Below are positions 1 to 11,031 of a DNA stretch of 32,000 bases, piece after piece (the stretch's first letter is position 1; each line of letters opens with the position of its first letter). Under the pieces are notes generated by a model. The model was not told the origin of the DNA. It searched no databases and saw only the letters and a list, made by a program, of their open reading frames with translations. The translations under genes were made by a program, and so were the position numbers. This DNA comes from Nitrosospira multiformis ATCC 25196 (lineage in GTDB: Bacteria; Pseudomonadota; Gammaproteobacteria; Burkholderiales; Nitrosomonadaceae), in NCBI RefSeq assembly GCF_000196355.1, contig NC_007614.1, positions 2,550,001 through 2,582,000 of the forward strand. Direction: 5' to 3'.

Positions 1-71
1 TTCAACAACAAGGCGGCGACAGAGGAATCCACGCCGCCGGACATTCCGACAACTACGCGCGCCTTGCTCAT
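1..71 (-). CDS. mnmA: tRNA 2-thiouridine(34) synthase MnmA, N-terminal fragment running off the window edge
   Basis: The reverse complement from 71 reads M S K A R V V V G M S G G V D S S V A A L L L, the SGGVDSS PP-loop motif at the MnmA N-terminus. It lies directly downstream of a NUDIX gene, a common arrangement. Confidence 0.9.
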   Translation of the reverse strand, partial: MSKARVVVGMSGGVDSSVAALLL

Positions 72-72
72 T

Positions 73-519
73 TCAAGCCAGATGAGTAAGGATGTCGAGC
101 GGACACCCTTTCCCTGCCAGATGGTCTTCGATGCATTTCATGACGAGGGGGCTACGGTGGCAATAGGTCATGCTGCGGATTTCATCGATGTCGAACCAGT
201 CAGCGCGTACGATGCCTGCGTCCAGGTCGCGGCCGGGATCATGGCCGCTCACTGAACCGGAAAAAGCAAAGCGTATGAATGTTGTATCTTCCGCCGGGGA
301 ATGCCAGTGATAAATGCCGAGTACGGATTGGGGGACGAACATGTAGCCCGTCTCTTCCAGAGTTTCCCGTATCGCGCCATGGATGATTGACTCCCCCGGC
401 TCCAGATGACCCGCCGGCTGATTAAATAACAAGCCGCTGCTGGTTTGCTCTTCCACCAGAAGATATTGCCCGTCTTTCTCCACCACTGCTGCCACCGTTA
501 CATTGGGTTTCCAGATCAT
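73..519 (-). CDS. NUDIX hydrolase (NudJ-like)
   Basis: 148-aa ORF with a Nudix box: GHLEPGESIIHGAIRETLEETGY. Adjacent to mnmA. Confidence 0.9.
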   Translation of the reverse strand: MIWKPNVTVAAVVEKDGQYLLVEEQTSSGLLFNQPAGHLEPGESIIHGAIRETLEETGYMFVPQSVLGIYHWHSPAEDTTFIRFAFSGSVSGHDPGRDLDAGIVRADWFDIDEIRSMTYCHRSPLVMKCIEDHLAGKGCPLDILTHLA

Positions 520-785
520 GATTTCATTATTTCAACCGTTTTAATTATTAAATAGCGGAACGTGGATACAACCGGACACGGGGCCCGAAATGTCATACTC
601 CTATTATAAGGGAAGCCGTCCCGCCGCTGCGGTCTGTAACGCTTTCACGAGATATCGGGAAACCCGGGGGGCAAAAGCAAGCGCTTCTATCCGAAACGCG
701 GTTAAAATATATGAATTTTTTGCCGATCCGGTTCCGGCTTGTTCCGGATTATGGAACCAAGCCCTGCTCAACAAATGGAGATAGC

Positions 786-2039
786 ATGTATCAGCACATC
801 AGCATACCAGCGGAAGGCTCGAAGATCAGCGTAAATGCGGATTATTCCCTGAATGTGCCGGACAACCCGGTCATACCCTATATAGAAGGCGACGGAATCG
901 GGGTGGATATTACTCCGGTAATGAGGAAAGTGGTGGATTCCGCCGTAGAAAAGGCTTATGAAGGCAAACGCAGGATTTCCTGGATGGAAATCTATGCCGG
1001 AGAGAAATCGACGCGTATTTACGGCGAAAATGTCTGGTTACCCGAGGAAACCCTGCAGGCGGCGAAAGAGTATGTGGTTTCGATCAAGGGTCCGTTGACC
1101 ACACCGGTGGGAGGCGGCATCCGCTCCATCAATGTGGCTTTGCGCCAGGAGCTGGATTTGTATGTATGCCTTCGTCCTGTTCGCTATTTTCAGGGGGTAC
1201 CTAGCCCCTTGAAAAATCCGGAGAAAACCGACATGGTCATTTTTCGCGAGAATTCGGAGGACATCTACGCCGGTATTGAATGGGAAGCCGGGTCGGAAGG
1301 CGCTAAAAAAGTTATCGATTTTCTGATGAACGACATGAGCGTCACCAAGATACGCTTTCCCCAAACCGCAGGGATCGGCGTAAAGCCGGTATCCCGCGAA
1401 GGTACCGAGAGGCTGGTACGCAAGGCAATTCAATATGCGATAGATAACGGACGGCGCTCGGTAACCCTGGTGCATAAAGGCAACATCATGAAATTTACCG
1501 AAGGTGCGTTCAAGAACTGGGGCTATCAGCTTGCAGCAAAAGAGTTTGGAGCAAGCCTGCTCGACGGCGGACCATGGATGAAGCTGCCTGAGGATAAAGG
1601 CGGTATAGTGATCAAGGATGTGATCGCGGACGCTTTTCTTCAGCAGATTCTGCTGCGGCCGGAGGAATACGATGTCATCGCCACGTTGAATCTGAACGGC
1701 GATTATGTTTCCGATGCTTTGGCTGCGCAGGTAGGCGGCATCGGGATCGCCCCCGGCGCAAACATGAGCGACTCGATAGCCATTTTCGAGGCAACCCATG
1801 GAACCGCTCCCAAGTATGCCGGCAAGGACCAGGTCAATCCAGGCTCCATCATTCTGTCCGCGGAGATGATGCTGAGGCATATGGGCTGGGCAGAAGCTGC
1901 TGATCTCATCACGCAGTCGATGGAAAAAACCATTCAGGATAAAACCGTAACTTATGACTTCGCCCGCCTGATGGCCGGTGCGCAAAAAGTCTCCTGTTCA
2001 GCATTTGGGCAGGCCTTGATCGAAAACATGGCCCGTTGA
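786..2039 (+). CDS. icd: NADP-dependent isocitrate dehydrogenase
   Basis: Protein from M at 786 ([14 protein letters not shown]...) contains [61 protein letters not shown] and [17 protein letters not shown] ribosome-binding site precedes 786. The track start at 711 adds an unlikely leader. Confidence 0.96.
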   Translation: MYQHISIPAEGSKISVNADYSLNVPDNPVIPYIEGDGIGVDITPVMRKVVDSAVEKAYEGKRRISWMEIYAGEKSTRIYGENVWLPEETLQAAKEYVVSIKGPLTTPVGGGIRSINVALRQELDLYVCLRPVRYFQGVPSPLKNPEKTDMVIFRENSEDIYAGIEWEAGSEGAKKVIDFLMNDMSVTKIRFPQTAGIGVKPVSREGTERLVRKAIQYAIDNGRRSVTLVHKGNIMKFTEGAFKNWGYQLAAKEFGASLLDGGPWMKLPEDKGGIVIKDVIADAFLQQILLRPEEYDVIATLNLNGDYVSDALAAQVGGIGIAPGANMSDSIAIFEATHGTAPKYAGKDQVNPGSIILSAEMMLRHMGWAEAADLITQSMEKTIQDKTVTYDFARLMAGAQKVSCSAFGQALIENMAR

Positions 2040-2133
2040 AAAGATGGCACATCGAAAATCTGCTGCCTTGGGGGCGGAAGGGTAAGCAAGCGGTAAAAGT
2101 ATTGATGGGTTTGCTGCTTATCCTCGACAAGAA

Positions 2134-2166
2134 AAAGCCCCTTGCTGATTTACAGCAAGGGGCTTT
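2134..2166. terminator. Strong intrinsic terminator hairpin between convergent icd and the cold-shock gene
   Basis: 14-bp perfect stem AAAGCCCCTTGCTG / CAGCAAGGGGCTTT with a 5-nt loop (ATTTA). A T-run follows on the minus strand (GGGGCTTTTTC), with a weaker T-tract on plus. Confidence 0.85.
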
Positions 2167-2227
2167 GTATAATTCTGTGATGGATCACATGCTGTTCAGC
2201 GCGCTCGCACGCCCCGACATGAAATCT

Positions 2228-2431
2228 TTAAGCAGACTGAATATTTGATGCTTGCTTGCCCTTCGGACCCTGGGTAACCTCAAACGTTACTTTTTGACCT
2301 TCTTTGAGAGTTTTAAATCCGGACATATTGATTGCGGAGAAGTGCGCGAATAAATCCTCGCTTCCATCATCGGGTGTAATGAAGCCAAAACCCTTTGAAT
2401 CATTGAACCATTTTACTGTACCAGTTGCCAT
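2228..2431 (-). CDS. Cold-shock protein (CspA family)
   Basis: 67-aa CSD protein [34 protein letters not shown]. Confidence 0.95.
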   Translation of the reverse strand: MATGTVKWFNDSKGFGFITPDDGSEDLFAHFSAINMSGFKTLKEGQKVTFEVTQGPKGKQASNIQSA

Positions 2432-2711
2432 TATTGCTTCCTATAAATAAAACCGGGCCGGAAACCCGAACACTGTTTGAGTTTCAAGACCGCAAAACGG
2501 CTGTAACCGGTGCTGCAGAGAACTTGAAGCCAAACGCCAAGAGCTGTTTTACGCAAATCCATTGTTCAAGTCAAGTAGTCCAGCCCGTTATTTGACAGAA
2601 ATGCAGCAGAAAATTTTCTAAAAGGTACTTGAATATTTCAGCGCAATCATCAAATATAAAGATTGGAAGTGGTTATATTTCGGTTTTAATTAAAGGCAAG
2701 AATACAGGATC

Positions 2712-3020
2712 ATGGCTGCAAGAAATCATGGTGAGGTTGTACTTGAGGCTAAAAAGAGTAAACTCAAGCCGCCGCCAATGTTCAAGGTTATTTTGCTGAA
2801 TGATGACTTCACTCCGATGGATTTCGTGGTGACTGTATTACAGACTTTTTTTTCCATGAACCGAGAACAGGCGACACAAATCATGCTCAAAGTCCATATG
2901 GACGGAGCTGGAGTATGTGGAGTTTATCCCAATGATGTGGCTTCCACAAAAGTCGAACAGGTGGTTGCATTTGCAAGGCAGCATCAGCATCCGCTACAGT
3001 GCGTGATGGAGGAGAACTGA
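2712..3020 (+). CDS. clpS: ATP-dependent Clp protease adaptor ClpS
   Basis: 102 aa with [25 protein letters not shown]...[18 protein letters not shown]. Immediately upstream of clpA. Confidence 0.96.
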   Translation: MAARNHGEVVLEAKKSKLKPPPMFKVILLNDDFTPMDFVVTVLQTFFSMNREQATQIMLKVHMDGAGVCGVYPNDVASTKVEQVVAFARQHQHPLQCVMEEN

Positions 3021-3021
3021 A

Positions 3022-5280
3022 ATGATTGCTCAAGAATTAGAGGTAAGTCTGCATATGGCATTCGTGGAATCGCGTCAGAAGCGCCACGAGTTCATTACGG
3101 TCGAGCATCTGTTACTGGCCCTGCTCGATAATCCGACTGCCGCAGAGGTATTGCGCGCCTGCTCGGTTGATATGGACGATCTACGCCGGCTGCTGACTGA
3201 GCATGTCACCGAAAACACGCCGACTGTGGGAGGAAGTGGAGAGGTAGATACGCAGCCTACTCTTGGTTTTCAGCGCGTTATCCAGCGTGCGATTCTGCAT
3301 GTGCAGTCCTCCGGGAAAAAAGAGGTTACGGGTGCAAACGTACTGGTAGCAATATTTGGCGAAAAGGATTCGCACGCAGTTTATTTTCTTCATCAAAAGG
3401 GGGTAACCCGGCTCGATGTCGTGAACTATATTTCTCACGGCATCAGCAAAGTTCCGCAGGGAACCAACGCCAAAACCGAAAGCGAAGGGGATACCGAGCA
3501 GGAAATGAATGCAGGGGGCGCGCTGGAAAGTTATGCGGTCAATCTCAACGCCCAAGCACTGGCAGGCAAGATCGATCCGTTGATCGGACGGGAGCGCGAG
3601 CTGGAGCGCCTGATACAGACGCTGTGTCGCCGGCGCAAGAACAACCCGTTATTGGTGGGGGAAGCAGGAGTAGGCAAAACAGCTATTGCTGAAGGTCTGG
3701 CACGGCGAATCATCGAGAACGACGTCCCCGAGATCCTTGCACATCATCAGGTTTATGCCCTGGATATGGGAGCGCTGCTGGCGGGTACCAAATACCGGGG
3801 TGATTTCGAGCAACGCCTGAAGGCCGTACTCAAACAGTTGCTCGAGAGCTCGAATGCCATACTATTCATCGACGAAATTCACACCCTGATCGGGGCTGGC
3901 GCAGCTTCCGGAGGCACGCTGGATGCCTCCAATCTATTGAAACCGATACTGAATACCGGACAGCTGAAATGCATTGGCGCCACGACTTACAGCGAATATC
4001 GCGGAATCTTCGAAAAGGATCATGCGCTTTCACGGCGCTTCCAGAAGATCGATGTGCTCGAACCGAGCGTGGATGAAACGGTTTCCATACTGCGTGGCTT
4101 GAAAGCGCGTTATGAGGCCCATCATGGTGTCAAATATACCGCTACCGCGCTTACGACCGCCGCCGAGTTGTCGGCACGCTTTATCAACGACCGGCACTTG
4201 CCTGACAAGGCAATCGATGTGATCGATGAAGCCGGCGCAGCACAGCGTGTTTTACCCAAATCGAAGCAGCGCAAGGTAATCAGCAGGCATGAGATAGAGG
4301 TCATCATTGCCAAGATTGCGCGTATTCCGGCGCAGAATATTTCCAGTGACGATCGCAACACGTTGAAGACGCTTGATCGTGACCTGAAAGCGGTTGTGTT
4401 CGGTCAGGACAAGGCCATCAACGCGCTGACAGCCTCGATCAAGATGGCGAGAAGTGGTCTCGGGAATCCACAAAAGCCGGTTGGCTCTTTCCTTTTTTCC
4501 GGCCCGACCGGAGTCGGCAAAACCGAGGTTGCACGGCAGCTGGCCTATGCGCTTGGTATTCACCTGCACCGTTTCGACATGTCTGAATATATGGAACGGC
4601 ACGCTGTTTCGCGTTTGATCGGCGCGCCGCCCGGGTATGTCGGATTTGATCAGGGTGGTTTGCTCACCGAAGCCATTATCAAGCAACCCTATTCCGTGCT
4701 GCTGCTGGACGAAATTGAAAAGGCGCATCCCGATATTTTCAATATCCTGCTGCAAGTGATGGATCACGGCACATTGACGGACAATAACGGCCGCAAGGCG
4801 GATTTCCGTAATGTCGTCATCATCATGACGACCAATGCCGGAGCGGAAGCGTTGAGCAAGGCTACCATGGGCTTCACCAAGGCCGCGCAGGCAGGGGATG
4901 AGATGGCCGATATCAAGCGGATGTTCACGCCTGAGTTCCGCAATCGGCTGGATGCGATCATTTCCTTTGCGCCGCTAGAGAGAGAAGTGATTCTGCGCGT
5001 AGTGGATAAATTCCTGATGCAGCTTGAAGCCCAGTTGCAGGAAAAGAAAGTGGATGCGATATTCACCGACGCACTGAGAGAGTATCTTGCCAATAATGGT
5101 GTGGATCCTCTCATGGGCGCACGACCGATGGCGCGTCTCATTCAGGACACCATACGCAGCGCTCTGGCGGATGAATTACTGTTCGGACGTCTGGCCAATG
5201 GCGGCAGAGTGACAGTGGATATCGATACCGATAACAAGGTGAAGCTTCAGTTTGAGGAAGAGGCGGCGACAGCGATATAA
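3022..5280 (+). CDS. clpA: ATP-dependent Clp protease ATP-binding subunit ClpA
   Basis: 752 aa with a ClpN domain and two AAA+ modules ([15 protein letters not shown] and [15 protein letters not shown]). Start lies 1 nt after the clpS stop. Confidence 0.97.
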   Translation: MIAQELEVSLHMAFVESRQKRHEFITVEHLLLALLDNPTAAEVLRACSVDMDDLRRLLTEHVTENTPTVGGSGEVDTQPTLGFQRVIQRAILHVQSSGKKEVTGANVLVAIFGEKDSHAVYFLHQKGVTRLDVVNYISHGISKVPQGTNAKTESEGDTEQEMNAGGALESYAVNLNAQALAGKIDPLIGRERELERLIQTLCRRRKNNPLLVGEAGVGKTAIAEGLARRIIENDVPEILAHHQVYALDMGALLAGTKYRGDFEQRLKAVLKQLLESSNAILFIDEIHTLIGAGAASGGTLDASNLLKPILNTGQLKCIGATTYSEYRGIFEKDHALSRRFQKIDVLEPSVDETVSILRGLKARYEAHHGVKYTATALTTAAELSARFINDRHLPDKAIDVIDEAGAAQRVLPKSKQRKVISRHEIEVIIAKIARIPAQNISSDDRNTLKTLDRDLKAVVFGQDKAINALTASIKMARSGLGNPQKPVGSFLFSGPTGVGKTEVARQLAYALGIHLHRFDMSEYMERHAVSRLIGAPPGYVGFDQGGLLTEAIIKQPYSVLLLDEIEKAHPDIFNILLQVMDHGTLTDNNGRKADFRNVVIIMTTNAGAEALSKATMGFTKAAQAGDEMADIKRMFTPEFRNRLDAIISFAPLEREVILRVVDKFLMQLEAQLQEKKVDAIFTDALREYLANNGVDPLMGARPMARLIQDTIRSALADELLFGRLANGGRVTVDIDTDNKVKLQFEEEAATAI

Positions 5281-5306
5281 CTCGGCTTTCAGGGTAGAAA
5301 ACAAGG

Positions 5307-5335
5307 AAGGCGCGAATTTCCGCGCCTTTTTTGTT
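5307..5335 (+). terminator. Intrinsic terminator after clpA
   Basis: AAGGCGCG-AATTTC-CGCGCCTT stem-loop followed by TTTTTGTTTTTG, 27 bp after the clpA stop. Confidence 0.85.
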
Positions 5336-5472
5336 TTTGTCTTTTTTACTTTGCCTCGGATGCTGTTCCGATTATTCCCCGCACGCTGATCTCGCCGGAT
5401 TACCGCTGCCGGGCGTCCACTCTAGCCTCTATGGACTCCCTACGAACTCCTAATACCTCGTGAGTAAAGCGG

Positions 5473-5691
5473 TTATTTGCCGGACTCGTATTTGAAAGAC
5501 AGGTTTACCCTCGCACGATAAGCCACCACCTTGCCGTCTTCAACCACCAGATCCAGCTTCACTATTTCAGCGACGCGTAAGTCTCGCAATGTCTTTGATG
5601 CTGTTTCCACGGCATTCTTGGCGGCGTCTTCCCAGGAAGTCGTGCTGGTTCCGATTATCTCCGTTATTTTGTAAACACTATCTCCTGCCAT
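5473..5691 (-). CDS. Dodecin family flavin-binding protein
   Basis: 72 aa: SVYKITEIIGTSTTSWEDAAKNAVETASKTLRDLRVAEI...YRARVNLSFKYE, matching the dodecin pattern. Confidence 0.92.
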   Translation of the reverse strand: MAGDSVYKITEIIGTSTTSWEDAAKNAVETASKTLRDLRVAEIVKLDLVVEDGKVVAYRARVNLSFKYESGK

Positions 5692-6091
5692 GACATTTCT
5701 CCTCGAACGGTGAGCAACGAAAACGGGGCACTGGCAGCCCGCACCTCTACTGATGTGATTTCAGTTTAGGTCAATTTTTGCTGATTGCAAGCTGCCGAGC
5801 GTTTAAGTTGCGCATCCTCCCCGGTTCTTGGGAAGAATGCGGATTTCGAGAACGATGGAGGGGAAATGGCATGGCCTCTAATTCAATCCTCAATTCTTCG
5901 ACAAGCCTGCGCCCGTTCGACCCTGGGCAAGCCTGCCGTGAACTGCGCTGTGATCACGCTTTCGATCCTTCTTCAATTCAGAATCAGGGAGTGGAGAAGA
6001 AGGGCTCATGGTGTAAAACCGAAGCAAGAAATCCTTGAAACGCTCGGGCAAAAGGTGTTCCGCGAGTCCCGCGTAACCCAGAACGCCTCTA

Positions 6092-8662
6092 TCAGCCCGC
6101 CACCACCCGCTTGGTAATGTATCCGAGCGCTTCATCCACCTGATCGATGAGAATAAGGCACAATTCTCCCTCTTTCAGATTGTCAAACGCGGCATCAATG
6201 GCTCCGAACTCTCCGTAGATTTCCTTGACGTTCCGGGTGCGTTTCGCCTTTTCCAGGCCCTGCCGCAGCAGGCTCAGTACTTCCCCATCCGCACGGCCCC
6301 GCTGGCACTGATCCTGATAAAGCACCACTTCATCAAAAGCATCGCCCAATATTTCCGTCTGCCGCCGAATATCCTCGTCGCGTCGATCGCCAGCGCCGCT
6401 GATAACCACGGAGCGACGTTTCGCCGGAATCTTGTCGATCGCACTTACAAGTGCGCGAATCGCATCGACATTATGCCCATAGTCAGCAATAAGTGTAGCG
6501 CCCCGATGAGTGAAGAAATTGAAACGGCCGGGGGCAGTTTGCATGTCGCTGACAAAATTCGCGAGACCGCCGCGAATGATCTGCCAGTCAAGACCCACTG
6601 CCCAGCCCGCCGCTATGGCCGCCATCGCATTTTCAATCTGGAATGCGATGGCACCATTCTGTGTCACGGGAATCCCTGCAAACGGAAGGCGATATTCGAA
6701 ATTGCCTTCCGCAGCAACGATCGCATCGTCCTCGACATAAACGACACGTTTACGTTGGGCGCGATGCTTTGCGATCACGGGATTATCCGGATCACGCGCA
6801 AAAAAAGTGACCTTGCCGGGGCAATGAGCGGCCATGCCTGCGACAAATGGATCCGCTGCGTTCAGCACCGCCACACCCGTACCCGGCTTCACGTTCTGCA
6901 CGATGATGCGCTTGACGGCGGTGAGGTCTTCTACGGTATTGATGTAGGAAAGACCGAGGTGATCACCGACCCCGATGTTGGTAACCACTGCGACATCGCA
7001 ACGATCGAAAGCCAATCCTTCACGCAACAGGCCCCCTCTGGCAGTTTCAAGCACTGCCGCGTCCACATCCGGATGAAGAAGCACTTTTCTTGCACTCTTG
7101 GGACCGCTGCAATCGCCAGTGTCGATACGCTGCCCCTCAATATAGACACCATCCGTGCTCGTCATGCCGACACGCAAACCCTGGCAATCAAGAATATTGG
7201 CAATCATCCTGACAGTAGTCGTTTTGCCGTTGGTGCCTGTTACCGCCACTACCGGGATACGGGCATCATCGCCCTTCTTGAACATATTCGCAATGATCGC
7301 CTCTCCCACCGCACGCCCTTTGCCGAAAGAAGGTTGCAAATGCATGCGCAAACCTGGTGCTGCATTGATTTCGATAATAGCGCCTTGTCCCTCCAAAGGT
7401 CTGGCTACGCTTTGGCAGACAACATCTACTCCACAGATATCCAGGCCAATCATCTGCGCAGCTTCGACCATTCGCGCCGCGAACTCCGAATGAACTTCGT
7501 CGGTAACATCTGTCGCCGTTCCCCCGGTCGAAAGATTCGCATTATTTCTGAGAACTACCCGCGTACCCGAGGGCGGGACGGAGTCGGACGTCAAGCCCTG
7601 AGTTGCAAGGTGGGCAAGAGCGATTTCATCCAAATGAATCTTTGTAAGCGCGTTGGCATGTCCCTCACCGCGTCGCGGGTCACGGTTGATCTGCTCCACC
7701 AATTCTTCAACCGTGTGAATCCCGTCCCCTGCAACCTGGGGGGGCTCACGCCGTGCTGCGGCGATCAGCTTGTTGCCGACTACCAGCATGCGATAGTCGT
7801 GGCCGGGAATGTAGCGCTCGACCATTACTTTTCCGGTGACTTCAACTGCAACGGCATACGCTGCTTCCACCTGTTCGCGGCTCACGAGGTTCACGCGGAC
7901 TCCCCTTCCCTGATTGCCGTCCTGTGGCTTGACGACGACAGGGCTGCCGATTTCACAGGTCGCCACCCATGCATCTTCCGCACTTGTGACCGGCCTTCCG
8001 GGTGTGACAGGTACGCCCGCCGCGTCCAGCAAGAATCGGGTAAGCTCTTTGTCCTGCGCCACCGACTCGGCTACGAGGCTGGTGAGACAGGTTTCTGCAG
8101 CCTGAATACGCCGCTGTCTGCTACCCCAGCCGAATTGCACCATGCTGCCATCAGTCAGCCGGTGGAAGGGAATGCCGCGGGCAATCGCTGCCCGCACTAC
8201 TGAACCGGTGCTCGGCCCCAGGCGTATGTCTTCGGAGAGCTCACGCAGACGCTGCAGGGCATCCGCCAGATTGAAAGGAGTATCTTCTATAGCCGCGCTG
8301 CACAGGGCTTGTGCAAGATCAAAGGCGAGTCTGCCAACCGCCTCTTCGCTGTATTCCACGACGACCCGGTAGACGCCGGCTTCAAGGGTCGGGGCGATCT
8401 TGCCGAAAGCCACCGGACAACCCGCCTGTATTTCCAGTCCGAGTGCAGCGCGCTCGAGCACATGTGCAAGCATTTCCGCTTCAGGGCAAGAGGCGGCCCG
8501 AAGCAAATCGATTTCCGGAAATCGTGCGTACAGGCGATCCAGAAAACCCGACACGCCACCCGGCAGGGATTCAGGAGTGTCGCAGGAAACGACTGCCTCT
8601 ATGGCTGTCTGACGGCTCCACAAATTGGGCCCGCGCAAAGCGCGGAGACATGATACATGCAT
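6092..8662 (-). CDS. cphA: Cyanophycin synthetase, full-length ATP-grasp plus Mur-ligase architecture
   Basis: 856 aa. ATP-grasp region KPQDGNQGRGV; Mur-ligase P-loop VAVTGTNGKTTTVRM; AVLETARGGLLREGLAFDRCDVAVVTNI; complete C-terminal domain with ADYGHNVDAIRAL. AGGAG site before the ATG. Confidence 0.95.
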   Translation of the reverse strand: MHVSCLRALRGPNLWSRQTAIEAVVSCDTPESLPGGVSGFLDRLYARFPEIDLLRAASCPEAEMLAHVLERAALGLEIQAGCPVAFGKIAPTLEAGVYRVVVEYSEEAVGRLAFDLAQALCSAAIEDTPFNLADALQRLRELSEDIRLGPSTGSVVRAAIARGIPFHRLTDGSMVQFGWGSRQRRIQAAETCLTSLVAESVAQDKELTRFLLDAAGVPVTPGRPVTSAEDAWVATCEIGSPVVVKPQDGNQGRGVRVNLVSREQVEAAYAVAVEVTGKVMVERYIPGHDYRMLVVGNKLIAAARREPPQVAGDGIHTVEELVEQINRDPRRGEGHANALTKIHLDEIALAHLATQGLTSDSVPPSGTRVVLRNNANLSTGGTATDVTDEVHSEFAARMVEAAQMIGLDICGVDVVCQSVARPLEGQGAIIEINAAPGLRMHLQPSFGKGRAVGEAIIANMFKKGDDARIPVVAVTGTNGKTTTVRMIANILDCQGLRVGMTSTDGVYIEGQRIDTGDCSGPKSARKVLLHPDVDAAVLETARGGLLREGLAFDRCDVAVVTNIGVGDHLGLSYINTVEDLTAVKRIIVQNVKPGTGVAVLNAADPFVAGMAAHCPGKVTFFARDPDNPVIAKHRAQRKRVVYVEDDAIVAAEGNFEYRLPFAGIPVTQNGAIAFQIENAMAAIAAGWAVGLDWQIIRGGLANFVSDMQTAPGRFNFFTHRGATLIADYGHNVDAIRALVSAIDKIPAKRRSVVISGAGDRRDEDIRRQTEILGDAFDEVVLYQDQCQRGRADGEVLSLLRQGLEKAKRTRNVKEIYGEFGAIDAAFDNLKEGELCLILIDQVDEALGYITKRVVAG

Positions 8663-8710
8663 CGAAAGTTCTCCTAGCGTTTCTTATTCATGCGCCTTAG
8701 TGATATGTTT

Positions 8711-10951
8711 TTACACTCTGCTAAATGCATGGAAGCTTTCAATTCCCGCCCGTATGACGGCCGGTTCGATGCCGAGCGACCATGCCGCGGCTACTGCCGC
8801 AAGTATGTTTTCCACCTCCAAAGCCGCCTGCCCGTTACATGTAACCGGAACATCGTTCAATTTACTCAATGGCAGTTCACCGGGCCCGTTAACAAGTAAA
8901 ATTTCTCCGTTTCGAACTGTTACCGCCCGTTTGCCTTGAACGCCGTTTATACCGGCGGTACCGTGTAAACAATGCTCTTTTATTACCGGAAGATCGGAAT
9001 CCAGACTGAAGTAAATAATTTCCCCATTGCACAGTGCAGCCATTTCCACCAGCATCGGTTCCCTGGCATTGAGCACTGCCGCCCCTGCGGGCACGACTAC
9101 ATCCACTTGGGTACGCAACACGTCGAAGACCTGTTTAGGGGTTTCGATATATTTTCCATAATGACGGGTCAACTCCACATTGGTAATGATGCCGACATGG
9201 CAGCCGTCGTAGGCCAATCCCTCGCGGAGCATGCTGTCGCTGCCGTTTTCAAAAACCGCCGCCTCGATTGACCGGTTCATGAGGATGTTGCGCGCTGTCT
9301 TCCAGTTGGCCTGGTCGCCTTTTTTCACTTGTCTGCGGTCAAGATAGAAGCCGTCGCTGCATGCCAGACCCGCCTGCTTTCCGGAGAGCGCGAGCAGTTG
9401 GGCAATAAGATGAGCCAGCTCAGTCGTACCATAACTGCCGGTAATACCTACAATCGGAATGCGGCCGTCCTCGTGACTCGGAAAAAGGTGCTCGACGATC
9501 GCTTCGCCGACCGGCCGGGGAGTACCAATTGCGGGCTTGATGTGCATTAGCAAACCGGGTCCCGCATTGACTTCGACAATAGCACCACCCTGTTCTGCAA
9601 GCGGTCGCGCAATATCTGTGGCGACAAGATCGATGCCGGCAATATCCAATCCGACAACACGCGCCGCCAGCGATGCTGCCGCCGCCGTACTGGGATGCAC
9701 CTCGTCGGTAACATCGAAAGCATGGTTACCGTTACGCTGAATGATGACTTCCTGTCCCGCAAGCGGTATTGAATCCGTGGTGAAGCCTTGCCGCTGGAGT
9801 TCCATTATCGTTACCCCATCCACACGAACCGGATTCAGCGGATGCTCTTCACTTTCTCCCCGCCGGGGATCAGAGTTGATCTGCAGCTGGATCAGTTCGT
9901 TTACGGTGGAAATCCCATCGCCAGTAACCGAAACGGAATCCCCCCGGCTGGCGGCGACGAGGCGGCCCCCGACCACCAGCAGGCGGTGTTCCGTACCGGG
10001 AATATAACCCTCGACCAGGACACCGCTGCCCTCCTCCAGAGCTACCCTGTAAGCGGACTCGATTTCTTCACGCTTGCTCAACTCGATAAAAACGCCGCGT
10101 CCATGATTTCCATCACACGGTTTGATCACCACCGGCAGACCGATTTCCTGCGCCGCTTCCCATGCATCCTCAGCACTGTGAACGATGCGTCCCTCAGGGA
10201 TGGCGACACCGCACGATTGCAGCAACGCCTTGGTCAGATCCTTGTCGCGCGAGATGCTTTCTGCAATCGCGGGGGTGCGGTCCGTTTCCGCTGTCCAGAT
10301 GCGCTGGCTTCGGATGCCATAACCCAGCTGTACCAGATTGCCTTTGGCAAGAAGGCGAATTGCCGGAATGTTGCGCCTGGCGGCGGCTTCAACAATGCAG
10401 GCAGTGGATGGCCCGAGCCACAGCGAATCAACCATGCCGCGCAGACGCGCAACAGCGCCTCTCACATCGTAAGGCTCATCCCCCGGCGAATAATCCATTG
10501 CCGCAAGCAGCAATTCCCTTGCCGCTGCGAGAGCATTGCGCGCGACATCCTCATGCCAGGCGCTCACAGCCACCTTGTATACACCGCGCAGGGATGTTTC
10601 GCGCGCCCGGCCGAAGCCGCCGGGCATTCCGGCCAGATTTTGCAGTTCAAGCGTAACGTGCTCGAGGATATGACCGGTCCAGGTACCTTCCTTTAAACGG
10701 CGCAGAAATCCGCCCCGTTCTCCATAACTGCAGCGGTGCTCGATGAGCGAAGGAAGCCAGGAAGACAGGCATTCATAGAAACCGGGAATTGTGTCGGAGG
10801 GAAAATCTTCAAGTTCCCCGATATCGACTATGGCTTCAAGTACGGGACGAACACTCCAGATATTGGGTCCGTTGAGGTGGCGTATTTCAATAAACTTGAT
10901 ATCTCGATTTACCGCTATGTAGTCAGGTTTGATATCTGCGTAAGCCAGCAT
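8711..10951 (-). CDS. Cyanophycin synthetase paralog: intact N-terminal and ATP-grasp regions, degenerate Mur-ligase centre, no C-terminal domain
   Basis: 746 aa. NGPNIWS N-terminus, VVIKPCDGNHGRGVFIEL ATP-grasp region, GSYGTTELAH in place of GTNGKTTTVRM. Ends at GIESFHAFSRV, before any Mur-ligase C-terminal domain. Tandem with cphA, 48-bp gap. Confidence 0.92.
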   Translation of the reverse strand: MLAYADIKPDYIAVNRDIKFIEIRHLNGPNIWSVRPVLEAIVDIGELEDFPSDTIPGFYECLSSWLPSLIEHRCSYGERGGFLRRLKEGTWTGHILEHVTLELQNLAGMPGGFGRARETSLRGVYKVAVSAWHEDVARNALAAARELLLAAMDYSPGDEPYDVRGAVARLRGMVDSLWLGPSTACIVEAAARRNIPAIRLLAKGNLVQLGYGIRSQRIWTAETDRTPAIAESISRDKDLTKALLQSCGVAIPEGRIVHSAEDAWEAAQEIGLPVVIKPCDGNHGRGVFIELSKREEIESAYRVALEEGSGVLVEGYIPGTEHRLLVVGGRLVAASRGDSVSVTGDGISTVNELIQLQINSDPRRGESEEHPLNPVRVDGVTIMELQRQGFTTDSIPLAGQEVIIQRNGNHAFDVTDEVHPSTAAAASLAARVVGLDIAGIDLVATDIARPLAEQGGAIVEVNAGPGLLMHIKPAIGTPRPVGEAIVEHLFPSHEDGRIPIVGITGSYGTTELAHLIAQLLALSGKQAGLACSDGFYLDRRQVKKGDQANWKTARNILMNRSIEAAVFENGSDSMLREGLAYDGCHVGIITNVELTRHYGKYIETPKQVFDVLRTQVDVVVPAGAAVLNAREPMLVEMAALCNGEIIYFSLDSDLPVIKEHCLHGTAGINGVQGKRAVTVRNGEILLVNGPGELPLSKLNDVPVTCNGQAALEVENILAAVAAAWSLGIEPAVIRAGIESFHAFSRV

Positions 10952-11031
10952 AAAGTGAGAGTCTCACAAGAAATAAGTTAAGTTGAACTAACGCGGCTGA
11001 CTACAATGGGTTTACAACCAGATAAATTAAT

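Noticed and set aside
1038-1985. 315-aa minus-strand ORF opposite icd
   Set aside because: Fully antisense to a well-supported isocitrate dehydrogenase and carries no domain signature.
2592-2620. Possible sigma-70 promoter (TTGACA ... TTTCTA) upstream of clpS
   Set aside because: The TTGACA is perfect, but the -10 match is weak and there is no supporting evidence, so it is not listed as a feature.
5692-6091. Possible genes in the dodecin-cphA gap (ORFs 5778-6038, 5785-6117, 5890-6135)
   Set aside because: Mutually overlapping short ORFs in different frames, with no domain, signal peptide or good ribosome-binding site.
6473-8203. 576-aa plus-strand ORF opposite cphA, plus 9788-10696 (302 aa) and other antisense ORFs opposite the paralog
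   Set aside because: They lie fully antisense to genes with strong motif evidence, have no recognisable domain, and show the composition expected of shadow ORFs in GC-rich coding DNA.
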